59,047 nt of DNA from an uncultured Candidatus Poseidoniales archaeon (lineage in GTDB: Archaea > Thermoplasmatota > Poseidoniia > Poseidoniales > Poseidoniaceae), in contig CABYOM010000004.1 in assembly GCA_902520595.1 (NCBI GenBank), forward strand, positions 1-59,047, written 5' to 3'. Shown here in pieces: positions 11,119 to 20,460 of the stretch. Both the position numbers and the translations under genes were made by a program. Numbering within the stretch: position 1 is the first letter of the stretch; each line of letters starts with the position of its first letter. The notes under the pieces are model-generated. The model worked only from the letters and a program-made list of their open reading frames with translations, was not told where the DNA came from and made no database searches.

Positions 11119-11484
11119 ATGGCCTCGAGCGATACCCTCGAAGATACAATTCTTCTGATTGATACATTTACCAAAGAACGTGATTGGCAACAGTTTCACA
11201 GTATCAAAAACCTCATGTCTTCAGTTTCCATTGAAGCGAGTGAATTGAATGAGACAATACAATGGGAAAACCCATCACCACTGGAAGTGAAAGAAAATCC
11301 AGAACTTGTTACTGCTATTGGTGATGAATTAGCAGATGTCATGGTTTATTGTTTGCGGTTATGCTCTGTTCTCGGTTTTGAACCGGTTGAACTCATCAAC
11401 CAAAAAATTGAGAAAAATCGTACCAAATATCCTGTTTCAAAGAGTAAAGGGAGTTCTAAAAAATACACAATGTATGAAAATTGA
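11119..11484 (+). CDS. MazG-like nucleotide pyrophosphohydrolase
   Basis: ERDWQQFHSIKNL..SVSIEASEL, DELADV, KIEKNRTKYP. Confidence 0.85.
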   Translation: MASSDTLEDTILLIDTFTKERDWQQFHSIKNLMSSVSIEASELNETIQWENPSPLEVKENPELVTAIGDELADVMVYCLRLCSVLGFEPVELINQKIEKNRTKYPVSKSKGSSKKYTMYEN

Positions 11485-11535
11485 GCCAATGAGCGAAGCA
11501 AATACTTGAAAGAGTGCCTACGACAACATCACATC

Positions 11536-12198
11536 ATGGAGTTCTTCCTTGACACAGCAGATGTAGACGAAATACGAGAAATCGCCGCTTGGGGAATCCT
11601 CGACGGTGTGACGACAAACCCCTCATTGATTAAGAAAAGTGGACGGGATTTCAAACAGGTTGTTGCTGAAATTGCTTCGATTTGTGATGGCCCAATATCT
11701 GCAGAAGTGACTGCTATGGATACCGCTGGAATGATTGAACAAGGACGAGCACTCAAAGCAGAACTACCTGATAACGTGATTATCAAGATTCCGTGCACAC
11801 CTGAAGGACTGGCTGCTACCAAAGTGTTAACTCAAGACGGAATTAAAACCAACGTCACTCTCATTTTTTCTGCTGCTCAGGCACTGATGGCCGCAAAATC
11901 GGGCGCAACTTACGTTTCCCCATTCATTGGACGCATTGATGATACTGGACACGATGGAATGAACCTTATCGCTGAGATTATGGAAACTTGGGCAAATTAT
12001 CCATACATCACGACCAAAGTTTTAGCAGCATCCATTCGCCATCCAACGCATGTTTTGCAGTGCATTCAATTGGGAGCACACACCGCAACCATGCCGGCAA
12101 AAACATTCCGTCAATTGATGAAGCATCCACTTACTGACCGTGGTCTTGAAGGTTTCATGAAGGATTGGGCTGAAGTCGAAAAAGCTGGAAATGCTTGA
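11536..12198 (+). CDS. tal: transaldolase (small TalC/FSA family)
   Basis: FFLDTA, GVTTNPS, Schiff-base Lys in IKIP, AASIR. Glu (SAEV) plus Phe (SPF) indicate transaldolase rather than FSA. Confidence 0.9.
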   Translation: MEFFLDTADVDEIREIAAWGILDGVTTNPSLIKKSGRDFKQVVAEIASICDGPISAEVTAMDTAGMIEQGRALKAELPDNVIIKIPCTPEGLAATKVLTQDGIKTNVTLIFSAAQALMAAKSGATYVSPFIGRIDDTGHDGMNLIAEIMETWANYPYITTKVLAASIRHPTHVLQCIQLGAHTATMPAKTFRQLMKHPLTDRGLEGFMKDWAEVEKAGNA

Positions 12199-12270
12199 AG
12201 AAGTGCATTTTGCTCGTAAGGAGGCTTCTTGAAGGAAGGCTTCACCCGCTTACTTACGGGAGCCGGTGTA

Positions 12271-12840
12271 ATGTCATCCAATAGGGAAATGCTCAATCGA
12301 CTTTTGTCGGGTGATTTTTCACCCGAAGAAATCGCTGATGACCCTATATTGGTCAGTTTGGCAGAACGTGTTTACGGGATAAAAATCGACCCGGTTATCA
12401 CTTCTAAGCCTCGAGATTTCGTCCCCCACTCCGGTGCCGCTGAAGTAACTGAGGTAGCGCCACCTACTGATATGTTGATTGAAGTGATTGGCGATATCGC
12501 ACCAGCTTTGCCTGTTGGCGGCATGGATCTTCCTGAAATTGCTCCACCCGTAGTTGCCGAGAAGAAGAAATCAGGAATAGTACAAAAACTTGCATTCGCA
12601 GGATTTGGTTTTGTAACACTCAATTTATTTGGAATTTGGTCCTTCGTAGCCGGCAGTTTTTGTCAAAGTGGAGATTTATGCCCTTCCGATGGATATACAC
12701 GTCTTAATTTGATGGAAATATACAAAATCGATACTGGATACGGATGGTCTGAGCCTGTTCAATCTGGCGCCTATGGTATTCCTGATATCGTTGCTGTAGT
12801 CGTTCTTGGTATCGCCATTTTGGCAATGCGTAGAAAGTGA
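12271..12840 (+). CDS. hypothetical membrane protein (2 TM)
   Basis: Fills the gap in a + strand run; two hydrophobic segments near the C-terminus. Confidence 0.7.
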   Translation: MSSNREMLNRLLSGDFSPEEIADDPILVSLAERVYGIKIDPVITSKPRDFVPHSGAAEVTEVAPPTDMLIEVIGDIAPALPVGGMDLPEIAPPVVAEKKKSGIVQKLAFAGFGFVTLNLFGIWSFVAGSFCQSGDLCPSDGYTRLNLMEIYKIDTGYGWSEPVQSGAYGIPDIVAVVVLGIAILAMRRK

Positions 12841-12863
12841 TTGTGTTGACGATGTTCATCGAC

Positions 12864-13103
12864 ATGAATACTGAACTTATCGCATATTTGGGAATGATTT
12901 TGATCCTCGTTGCCTTCTTTTTAGAAACACGAAACGTAATTGAGAGTAAGTCTTCACTTTATCTTCTTCTTATGGCGGTCGGTTCTGGGCTACTCGCAAT
13001 TCGTGCTTACTTAATTGATGAATGGGCCTTTTTCATTCTTGAAATCGCATGGTTTCTCACCGCAATCGTTGGATTGCTCTACCTGAAAAGAATTACTGAA
13101 TGA
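12864..13103 (+). CDS. small membrane protein (CBU_0592/PQ-loop-like)
   Basis: Three TM helices, G..LILVAF...F.ILE.AW pattern; could start at 12837. Confidence 0.6.
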   Translation: MNTELIAYLGMILILVAFFLETRNVIESKSSLYLLLMAVGSGLLAIRAYLIDEWAFFILEIAWFLTAIVGLLYLKRITE

Positions 13104-13153
13104 CACGAACGAGTGGTAAAGAATTGAGTTTATGTTGTCAATTCAAGCGTCAT

Positions 13154-13161
13154 CTTGATGA
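13154..13161 (+). promoter_or_regulatory. TATA-position box CTTGATGA of proS (example of a recurrent motif)
   Basis: 24 nt upstream of the ATG; the same motif and spacing recur before at least ten genes. Confidence 0.6.
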
Positions 13162-13185
13162 AAGAGTGTTGACCGAAGTGCATTC

Positions 13186-14715
13186 ATGAGCCAAGGACCT
13201 GGCAAGGCCAAGCGCGGTATTCCATCTAAGGCTGAGAATTTCAATGAATGGTACCCATTCATGGTCGAGGCTGCAGAATTGGTCGACAAACGTTATCCTA
13301 TCAAGGGCATGGATGTATGGCGCCCATATGGTTGGAAAACCATGAAACTTATCGATGCACTTACTCATGCGGAGATGGAGCGAACAGACCATGAAGAAGT
13401 GAATTTCCCACTTCTCATTCCAGAAAATCTCTTGGAAAAAGAAAATGCTCTGGTTGCTCGATTAAAGCGTGCTCGTGAAGAAGGAGTCGACCCTGACGAT
13501 CTGCGTGATGAAGATGAAGAAGGTGGATTCAAGAAAGAAGTGTATTGGGTCAAACATGCTGGAGATAATGAATTGGATATTCCGATGTTCCTACGCCCTA
13601 CTTCGGAAACAGCCATGTACACAATGTTTCCATTATGGATACGATCTCACAAAGACTTGCCACTCAAGGTCTACCAAATGGTCAACACATTCCGGTATGA
13701 GACAAAGCAAACTCGTTCATTCATTCGTGTCAGAGAGATTCATTTCTTTGAAGCTCACACCGCACACGCCGATGAACAAGATGCATCTCGACAAATCGCT
13801 CAAGACCTCGAGATTGTAGACAATCTCATGCACGACTTGTGTCTTCCAATTATCAAAGCAAAGCGACCAGTCTGGGACACATTCCCTGGAGCATGGTACA
13901 CCATCGGAATTGATGCAGTAATGCCGAATGGAAGAACCCTGCAAGTTGCTTCTTGCCACCATTATCGTGACCAGTGGGCCAAAGCATTCGACCTCTCCTA
14001 TGAAAATCTTGAAGCAAAGCAAGAATATTGCCATCAGACAACTTATGGAATGTCGGAGCGATTACTCGGAGCCGTTGTTGGTATGCACGGTGATGAAAAC
14101 GGGTTGATTATGCCGCCTGCAGTTGCGCCATTCCAAGTGGTCATATGCCCAATGATTCGAAAGAACTCAGATGTAGACACCGTGGCAGTTGCACAAGACA
14201 TGGCATCTACACTCAAGAAGCACGGACTTCGAGTGAAAGTTGATTCACGAGATATCCATGCTGGTCAGAAGTATTACGATTGGGAAATTAAAGGTGTTCC
14301 ACTGCGACTCGATGTCGGTCCTCGAGACATTGCTCAAGGAACTGCATTTGCAGCTCGCCGAACTGGAGGAAAAGAACCAATCCCTATGGATGACTTACCG
14401 AATGCATGCCTTGCTATATTGGATGAAATTGCTACAGAATTACGCAATCGTTCATCTGCGCACATGCACGATGTCATACAACCCCTACCCGCCTTTGAAG
14501 AAAATGACGGGAACTGGGTCATGAAAGGTGAAATTGAAGAAGGCAAAATCTACCAAATCCCATTCGATGGAACTGACGCACATGCAGAAGCAATTGAACG
14601 TACGACTGGAATGACATTCCTCGGCGATTCAACTGAAGATTTTGATGAAGAAGTTCCATGCCACATGAGTGGTAAAATGACCAAGCGTCGTGTGATTCTC
14701 GCCAAAACCTATTGA
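13186..14715 (+). CDS. proS: proline--tRNA ligase (archaeal/eukaryote type)
   Basis: RPTSET, FRYETKQTR.FIRVRE, HQTTYGMSER, APFQVVI, GVPLR, C-terminal AKTY. Confidence 0.95.
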   Translation: MSQGPGKAKRGIPSKAENFNEWYPFMVEAAELVDKRYPIKGMDVWRPYGWKTMKLIDALTHAEMERTDHEEVNFPLLIPENLLEKENALVARLKRAREEGVDPDDLRDEDEEGGFKKEVYWVKHAGDNELDIPMFLRPTSETAMYTMFPLWIRSHKDLPLKVYQMVNTFRYETKQTRSFIRVREIHFFEAHTAHADEQDASRQIAQDLEIVDNLMHDLCLPIIKAKRPVWDTFPGAWYTIGIDAVMPNGRTLQVASCHHYRDQWAKAFDLSYENLEAKQEYCHQTTYGMSERLLGAVVGMHGDENGLIMPPAVAPFQVVICPMIRKNSDVDTVAVAQDMASTLKKHGLRVKVDSRDIHAGQKYYDWEIKGVPLRLDVGPRDIAQGTAFAARRTGGKEPIPMDDLPNACLAILDEIATELRNRSSAHMHDVIQPLPAFEENDGNWVMKGEIEEGKIYQIPFDGTDAHAEAIERTTGMTFLGDSTEDFDEEVPCHMSGKMTKRRVILAKTY

Positions 14716-15069
14716 TCGAAATTCCAGTAAACCACTTGGCCTATAGCTATGCAACCATTCTTTCGATTCAATGCGGGTATGTCGAAGACAACTGCTAGAG
14801 ACACGCTGCGTAAGCGAAAGAAATCTGCTTGGAACTAAGTTCTGACGGAAAATCCTCGGATGAAATTGAAGAAGTTGTGGTTGAATTTCCTGCTGATGAA
14901 AAGAGGGAGTTTCGAATAGTTTGAACAAGAATGAAGGAGATTCGAACTGCTAAAATGAATCATTTACCCCTTACAGCATTTCCATTCACGGCAATGTTTG
15001 CAATCGTATTTCTTGGGCAATGATCCTAAGTGCTTTGTTAAGATTCAATTATTGGGTAGAATGTGAGGA

Positions 15070-16902
15070 TTATTCGCTATCAGGAAGTCCTAAATCGAGG
15101 TTAAATTTTCGTTCTAACTCTGAAACCCTTTCAGTCGAGATGCCAAGCGTTTTGGCTTGTATTTTCAGCATCTTTCGCTCATCGTCGGTTATAATCAAAT
15201 CTTCCATTGCTACTTGATATGCTTCCATGTATGATTCTTCTTTACTCTTATCCAGAACCTCGGATTCAGTAATCTGTGCCTGAATCTTAAATTCATCGTA
15301 TTGTATTACCCCATCTTCGTTCAAGTCAATCTCTTTGAATAATTCTGAACGTGACTCTAGAGGTAGTTTCGAGACCTCTGGAGCAGCTGAAAACTCCTCC
15401 GGCGAAATGAGATTGTCGTTGTTACTGTCCATTGATACAAATGCTTTCTTGATCTCTCTTTCGTCGATTGGGGCTTCACCCGTTGTGGCAAAAACACTCA
15501 TCATATTTATTCCGCTTTTGCCGTACCGTTCGGCCAAGTCTGTGTTACCTTGACCGAGTCTTTTCAATTCATCGTACCAATCCTCAAGGTAGGCTTTTCT
15601 CTCCACATCTATTCCATAGGCTGTGGCTTGTAAATTTAGCATCGAGCGTTCATTGTCGGTGATTCTGCTGTCCTTCATAGCAAGCGAATACATCTCAAGA
15701 TAACCTAATTCTTCTTGGGTATGGGATTCTGGAATAAGCTTTGATGAGAATACACCTAATGTTGATAAAATCGGTTTTCTCATCAATATGAATGTTAATC
15801 CAATGAATACACCACCGATCCAACCCTGATTAAACACAGACTCCATAAGTTCAGTACTAACTAAGAAGAGAATGGCACCCAAGCTTGCAAAAATGGTCGT
15901 TGTGAATGTCTTTCGCAACCGCTCATCAATTCCAAACATGTCGTTTTTGATGACTGCATAAGTGAAGATTATGCCCTCAAATAAAGCAGCCAAAACAACT
16001 GCTGTGGGCATCAATGGTGGAAGAATGTAGAGTGCTGTGGTCAATTCCATGCCAGGATTAAATGGGTTTACCTTCAGAGTTGGAGGTCCACCAATAATTG
16101 AAATCATCCAAAATAAGATGAGAGTTGTTGTGACTTGTAAAACGGTCTTGCCAATAAACCCTAAACGCACTGCTCTCACTTCACCGGTTAGATTTGTATT
16201 TTTCTCCTTAAGAATTCTGTTTTTCGAACGTGTGAGGGCAACGGTTGCCACAATTGCACCGATAAGAGGTATGAAGAGCAATATTCTGCTAAGTGGCCCG
16301 ATGACCACATTCGTAAACGTCAATGGATAAACCGATTCAAATTCTTCAGTGCACACCGGCTCAAAGGGCAAAGGCTCTCCTGAATATGTGGAGCCGCGAC
16401 CAGTACCTACGCTTTCGCAGTAAATCCAACTTATGTCTCCGATTGAAACATTCGTCCCTCCCAAGAAGTGACTCGAAATAAGAATCACACTCAAGCAAAA
16501 AATAGGAACGATGTACAATCCATGGAATTTGAAAAATCCAGATATTTGTTTCGCCCATTTATTTTCACTGTAGAACGTAGCTGCAACCATGTAGAGGATG
16601 AAAAGTTGCAGCGACATAGTGTAGTATGCAACTCGGGCAGGCTTCAAAAATGTCAACGCTTCTTCGGGCCATGCATACAACCAAAACAACATTGCTGTAA
16701 AGCAACGAATTGCTTCTGTTACAAGCATGAGAGCCATAAAACGATTCTTTGTTTTTTGTGGATTGGCCTTCAAAATTAAGTAAGCAAGGAAAATTAGGAA
16801 TATTCCGGATAAAATACTGAATATCGCAAGTAAATTCCAATATCCAATGAATGTACCTACTGCTCGTAGGTAATAGGAAAGAGGCGAGCCTACATCTGCC
16901 AT
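15070..16902 (-). CDS. multi-pass (about 9 TM) receptor-like protein with an EF-hand pair
   Basis: HisKA_7TM-like N-terminus (LKANPQKTKNRF...YAVIKNDMFGID). EF loops DSNNDNLISPEE and DLNEDGVIQYDE lie between two copies of a Y...Y..AM.D..IT..ER.ML..QA...GI repeat. Confidence 0.75.
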   Translation of the reverse strand: MADVGSPLSYYLRAVGTFIGYWNLLAIFSILSGIFLIFLAYLILKANPQKTKNRFMALMLVTEAIRCFTAMLFWLYAWPEEALTFLKPARVAYYTMSLQLFILYMVAATFYSENKWAKQISGFFKFHGLYIVPIFCLSVILISSHFLGGTNVSIGDISWIYCESVGTGRGSTYSGEPLPFEPVCTEEFESVYPLTFTNVVIGPLSRILLFIPLIGAIVATVALTRSKNRILKEKNTNLTGEVRAVRLGFIGKTVLQVTTTLILFWMISIIGGPPTLKVNPFNPGMELTTALYILPPLMPTAVVLAALFEGIIFTYAVIKNDMFGIDERLRKTFTTTIFASLGAILFLVSTELMESVFNQGWIGGVFIGLTFILMRKPILSTLGVFSSKLIPESHTQEELGYLEMYSLAMKDSRITDNERSMLNLQATAYGIDVERKAYLEDWYDELKRLGQGNTDLAERYGKSGINMMSVFATTGEAPIDEREIKKAFVSMDSNNDNLISPEEFSAAPEVSKLPLESRSELFKEIDLNEDGVIQYDEFKIQAQITESEVLDKSKEESYMEAYQVAMEDLIITDDERKMLKIQAKTLGISTERVSELERKFNLDLGLPDSE

Positions 16903-17012
16903 GTAAATACGTCAAAAGCAGTGTATATTAGGACTACTCTTTGATATTCACCTTTAAGTGCCTTTGAATAATTCGAGAACAACTTAGGAACGCTATCCAG
17001 CCGCTGCAATAT

Positions 17013-17909
17013 TTATTCAGACTCAGAAAAATTGCTCGAGGCTTTTTTACCGAAAATGATTCCTGAGAGAAGAACTGATGAACCTAGGCACCCAGCGAGC
17101 GTAAAGAGAATTGCTCCTGAAATTCCCGGACTCGCAATTGCCACACGTAAGATCACAGTCGACAATACAAAGCCGGTATTTCTAGCCAAATGGGAAAAAT
17201 CAGTAATGTACTGATATGAAAGCAAGAGTATGAGAATGTCTGCCATGATGAGTATAGTGAAGAAATCAAGGAAGAATATCATTCTGTTCGTACTCCCGTC
17301 TCCCTGTAAGAGAGCGTATGACCAAGTTGATAGCGAGTAACATGCAACCACGACATACACAGTAAGGAGTAAAAGGGCGAGTTGCTTTTTTTGTGAGATG
17401 AATTTGGTCAATTCCTCATTTGCGTTCGCATTGACATCGGCATTTCTTTGCACATTGTTAAAGAACAGTGCAGTCCAGAACAGGACGATAAAAGCGACAC
17501 ACTCCATACCCAGTGTCGTTATGCTGTCGTCAATTGATGAAGAAACTGAAGCGTCGATGTCAGACAATCTTTTGAGAATGTCTCGAACAACGAGTAGAGT
17601 TATGATTTCAAATTGTTTGCCGATAGAGTTTGTAAAAGACTTGGGTATTGTGCGTATTAATTCATAGACTTCGTAGGCTAAAAATATCGAAAATGGAGTG
17701 TACAGTGAATCGAGATATGAGTCAAACAGTCCACTTGTCTTATCAGAAAAAACGATCAATTCAAACTGGTACAGGAAACAGAGGAGAAGGTGAAACAGAA
17801 AACCAAGAATTGCAGCTCGGATGCATACAACACGCAAATTTTCGTTCACACTTTTGCCCAAGAACTTGTCATAGAGAGTATTCACGGTATCAATGTTTTT
17901 TGATTTCAT
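17013..17909 (-). CDS. hypothetical polytopic membrane protein
   Basis: 298-aa ORF with about 8 hydrophobic segments (YTPFSIFLAYEVY, GKQFEIITLLVVR, RNTGFVLST). Confidence 0.7.
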   Translation of the reverse strand: MKSKNIDTVNTLYDKFLGKSVNENLRVVCIRAAILGFLFHLLLCFLYQFELIVFSDKTSGLFDSYLDSLYTPFSIFLAYEVYELIRTIPKSFTNSIGKQFEIITLLVVRDILKRLSDIDASVSSSIDDSITTLGMECVAFIVLFWTALFFNNVQRNADVNANANEELTKFISQKKQLALLLLTVYVVVACYSLSTWSYALLQGDGSTNRMIFFLDFFTILIMADILILLLSYQYITDFSHLARNTGFVLSTVILRVAIASPGISGAILFTLAGCLGSSVLLSGIIFGKKASSNFSESE

Positions 17910-17958
17910 TCATATAACTATGTCATGCTCCACCCTACGAAAGCAGATTCTCGAAGAA

Positions 17959-18085
17959 AAATTCTATGATGGAAATAGGTCATTGTACTGACAAAATGAG
18001 ATTCAGCGACTCCTACACAACGGTACCCTTGTATTCATGGGTGTACACAAGGGTTCCCCTTTGAGATACTAGAATCATAGAATTT
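17959..18085. repeat. composite repeat: 12-bp inverted repeat enclosing two ACAASGG units
   Basis: AAATTCTATGAT (17959-17970) / ATCATAGAATTT (18074-18085). Inside lie TACACAACGGTACCC (18014-18028) and TACACAAGGGTTCCC (18044-18058), and the near-palindrome ACAACGGTACCCTTGT (18017-18032). Confidence 0.7.
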
Positions 18086-18126
18086 GTAGGGAATATCAAT
18101 ATATAGATAAACTCGGAGAATTCTGC

Positions 18127-18468
18127 ATGGAGGGATCACAACAAATCAGCAAATCAGAAACGTATGAATCTAGTTTGTTTTCAACCTTGAGCATTGGCGG
18201 AATGATTTCTATCTATCAGTTTTTCAACATGCGAGCAAATTTCTGCTTTTCTATCTGGGGATATCGTTGCGAATATCCTCCAGGATACGCATATCCGTTT
18301 ATCCTTCTATTTCTCTTGATCGTTCTCTCTGTTTCGTACGGAATTTGGTGTTTGACTCGTGGAAAATGGCGCTACGGAATGGGCGCCATCTCCGGGGGAT
18401 TTTTCTCTTTGCCCCTGTTTTTTCTCGCAATGGTTTTCGGAGCGATTTCTAGTGGAACTTTGGGATAA
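18127..18468 (+). CDS. small hypothetical membrane protein
   Basis: 113 aa, about 3 TM segments, C..WG..C..PPGY loop. Confidence 0.6.
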   Translation: MEGSQQISKSETYESSLFSTLSIGGMISIYQFFNMRANFCFSIWGYRCEYPPGYAYPFILLFLLIVLSVSYGIWCLTRGKWRYGMGAISGGFFSLPLFFLAMVFGAISSGTLG

Positions 18469-18486
18469 GTAGAAAGTAAGTAATTC

Positions 18487-18658
18487 GCTTGCGCTTACAA
18501 GGGGTTATGCTAAACACCATTGTGTACAATCCACCAGTTTGAAAGGGCTCTCAGTGGGCCCTTCACTACGCTAGCGATGTATATGACCCTCTGCGAACCC
18601 ATCAATATGATGAGTCTACTCACAAGGGTGTTTAGCATCAACCCTCGTAGAGATAAGC
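18487..18658. repeat. long imperfect inverted repeat made of two 27-bp palindromic (dif/attC-like) sites with internal hairpins
   Basis: ACAAGGGG-TTATGCTAAAC-ACCATTGT (18497-18523) and ACAAGGGT-GTTTAGCATCA-ACCCTCGT (18622-18648). The arms match at 25 of 29 positions. Internal hairpin at 18540-18565. Confidence 0.85.
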
Positions 18659-18730
18659 AAACCAATTATTCACTCTTATTTGTCAGATGAAAATTTATAT
18701 CATACACTAATTTCACCCTAATGTGATACT

Positions 18731-19318
18731 ATGACAAGATTAGTTGGTGAGGAAAATCTTGGTGAAAAGGAACTGCATCCCACTGAGACCTCAGTAATTG
18801 GAGCTAAAAATCAAGGTTTTTTTCATTACAATATAGTGTCACTTTGGATGGCGATTGTTCCTATCATTGGGCTTGTCCTTTGGCTTGCCCATTCAGCAAA
18901 TGACGCTGAATTCGCCAATTCAACAGGTGATGCCGCTGGATTCGTTTTGAGTGGTTTCATGATTTCCATTCCAATTGCCATGATTAGCGCACTTTTTGCA
19001 ATTCGAGCATTGGGCAAGCGATTCTTGAATCCGATGATAATCTCAATTCTAATTGCGATACCATTAGCAATTTGGGAATATTTCAATGAGTTAAATAATG
19101 GATGTTCTGATTGGGGTTGGGGAACTTGCCCCCCTGATCCACCAGGGTACGATTTACCACGTACTATTATGTTGATTTATCTCATTATTTTGGGGGTTTA
19201 CGCTCTTTCGAAATACGATAATAAAGAAGACCAAGCACGAACTTATGGTATTGCATATGGCATGGGATTTGGCTACCTAATTTACGTTCTTGCATGGTTC
19301 TACGGCTGGTTTGGATAA
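18731..19318 (+). CDS. hypothetical membrane protein
   Basis: 195 aa, about 5 TM segments, GCSDWGWGTCPPDPPGY loop. Confidence 0.7.
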   Translation: MTRLVGEENLGEKELHPTETSVIGAKNQGFFHYNIVSLWMAIVPIIGLVLWLAHSANDAEFANSTGDAAGFVLSGFMISIPIAMISALFAIRALGKRFLNPMIISILIAIPLAIWEYFNELNNGCSDWGWGTCPPDPPGYDLPRTIMLIYLIILGVYALSKYDNKEDQARTYGIAYGMGFGYLIYVLAWFYGWFG

Positions 19319-19351
19319 ACTAATTCACATACAAAGAATCTATCTGATGCA

Positions 19352-19379
19352 GTTGGGTTGAACACAAGGGGGTCCCAAC
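19352..19379. repeat. partial copy of the island repeat between convergent genes (possible terminator hairpin)
   Basis: GTTGGG-TTGAACACAAGGGGGT-CCCAAC; resembles TGGGTGTACACAAGGGTTCCC at 18038-18058. Confidence 0.55.
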
Positions 19380-19386
19380 GTGAAGT

Positions 19387-20460
19387 TCAATCTTCAATAT
19401 GCTTCAAGCGGCTAATGGCCTTTTTCCGGTTTTCAGGAATTTTCGTATCCAATCTCTCTTGGGATTGAATCGTCACAAGGCCATCTTCTTCGTCTAATTC
19501 AAGCATTGCTAGGAAATTTTCGCTCAGAGCTTTCAATTGAGATTCTCCGAAAACAACGTAGACCTTATCGGCCTCTCCGAATACGTCTATTGACCATTCA
19601 AGTCCAAAGCAGGGAACTCCATTTCGAACTAAAATCAAACAATCTCTCATCTCAATTTTATGTCTGCTTCGAAGTTTTAATTTGCTGAAACTATTGTATT
19701 CAATGGTGTATGTTTCGGTCTTCTCTAAATCAGCGTGTAACTGTATAAGATTCTTTTTTGAGCCAGTCTCGTCTTCTTCTAAATTATATTCAGGCCAGTC
19801 AGGATGATTTACTCCAAATATCCGTGTAATCGTCAAACCTCGTTCAATTAGATCTAAATTGAAGTTAAAAAATTTCTGACCTGTTTGGGGGCGGAGCCAC
19901 CAAAGTCGCGTATTTGTGAAGGCAGTTGCATAGATTTTGTCTCCTGGTTGAGCAAATTCCGTAATCAATTGGTAGGTATCCTTCGATTCATCGGAACCTT
20001 GTAATCCCGGAGTTCTAGAGATTAATTGAATCCTCCCAAAATCACGAATATTGGCTTCCTGCTCATTAATTGTCCAATGAACAATTTGGTTTGCAACGAT
20101 TTCGCTCTTTGCATCAATTTCACGTGCAGAAATTCCCTCGATGAGATTTCGAAGTGAATAAGCAATTTTAGCTCGAATAGGGCCAATTTCTGTTAATCTC
20201 GCTTTTGAATTAGGCCAATTCATCAAAAACGTACCGAAATTACTCTCCTTCTCTTTGAGATGTAACCTGTGGATGAAAAGTACGGCTGGTCCGATGATAC
20301 TTGTTGTTACTGAAGTCAAAAGATACTGGGAGAGAACAACACTATCCCAAACAAAAATTTCTTCACCGGAAGCAACTCTTGAAGATATTGCCAATACCAA
20401 TCCAACAATCGCAGATACGACTGCTGCAATGATTATACTTGATGATCTACTTTCATTCAT
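19387..20460 (-). CDS. 2-TM protein with a soluble DUF6879/PLD-like domain
   Basis: ATG at 20460 overlaps the EamA stop. Two N-terminal TM helices, then an IYATA...WW...G..F...N.....RG.TITRIF pattern. The domain call is from memory and tentative. Confidence 0.55.
   Translation of the reverse strand: MNESRSSSIIIAAVVSAIVGLVLAISSRVASGEEIFVWDSVVLSQYLLTSVTTSIIGPAVLFIHRLHLKEKESNFGTFLMNWPNSKARLTEIGPIRAKIAYSLRNLIEGISAREIDAKSEIVANQIVHWTINEQEANIRDFGRIQLISRTPGLQGSDESKDTYQLITEFAQPGDKIYATAFTNTRLWWLRPQTGQKFFNFNLDLIERGLTITRIFGVNHPDWPEYNLEEDETGSKKNLIQLHADLEKTETYTIEYNSFSKLKLRSRHKIEMRDCLILVRNGVPCFGLEWSIDVFGEADKVYVVFGESQLKALSENFLAMLELDEEDGLVTIQSQERLDTKIPENRKKAISRLKHIED

Noticed and set aside
14716-15069. Gene remnant or repeat copy at the left island edge
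   Set aside because: Only short coding-like stretches (DEIEEVVVEFPADEKREF) and a weak CCCCTTA match; nothing assignable.
19352-19379. Replication-origin ORB elements (G-string AAGGGGG)
   Set aside because: The TTCCAG..GAAA core is absent and no cdc6/orc1 gene is nearby.
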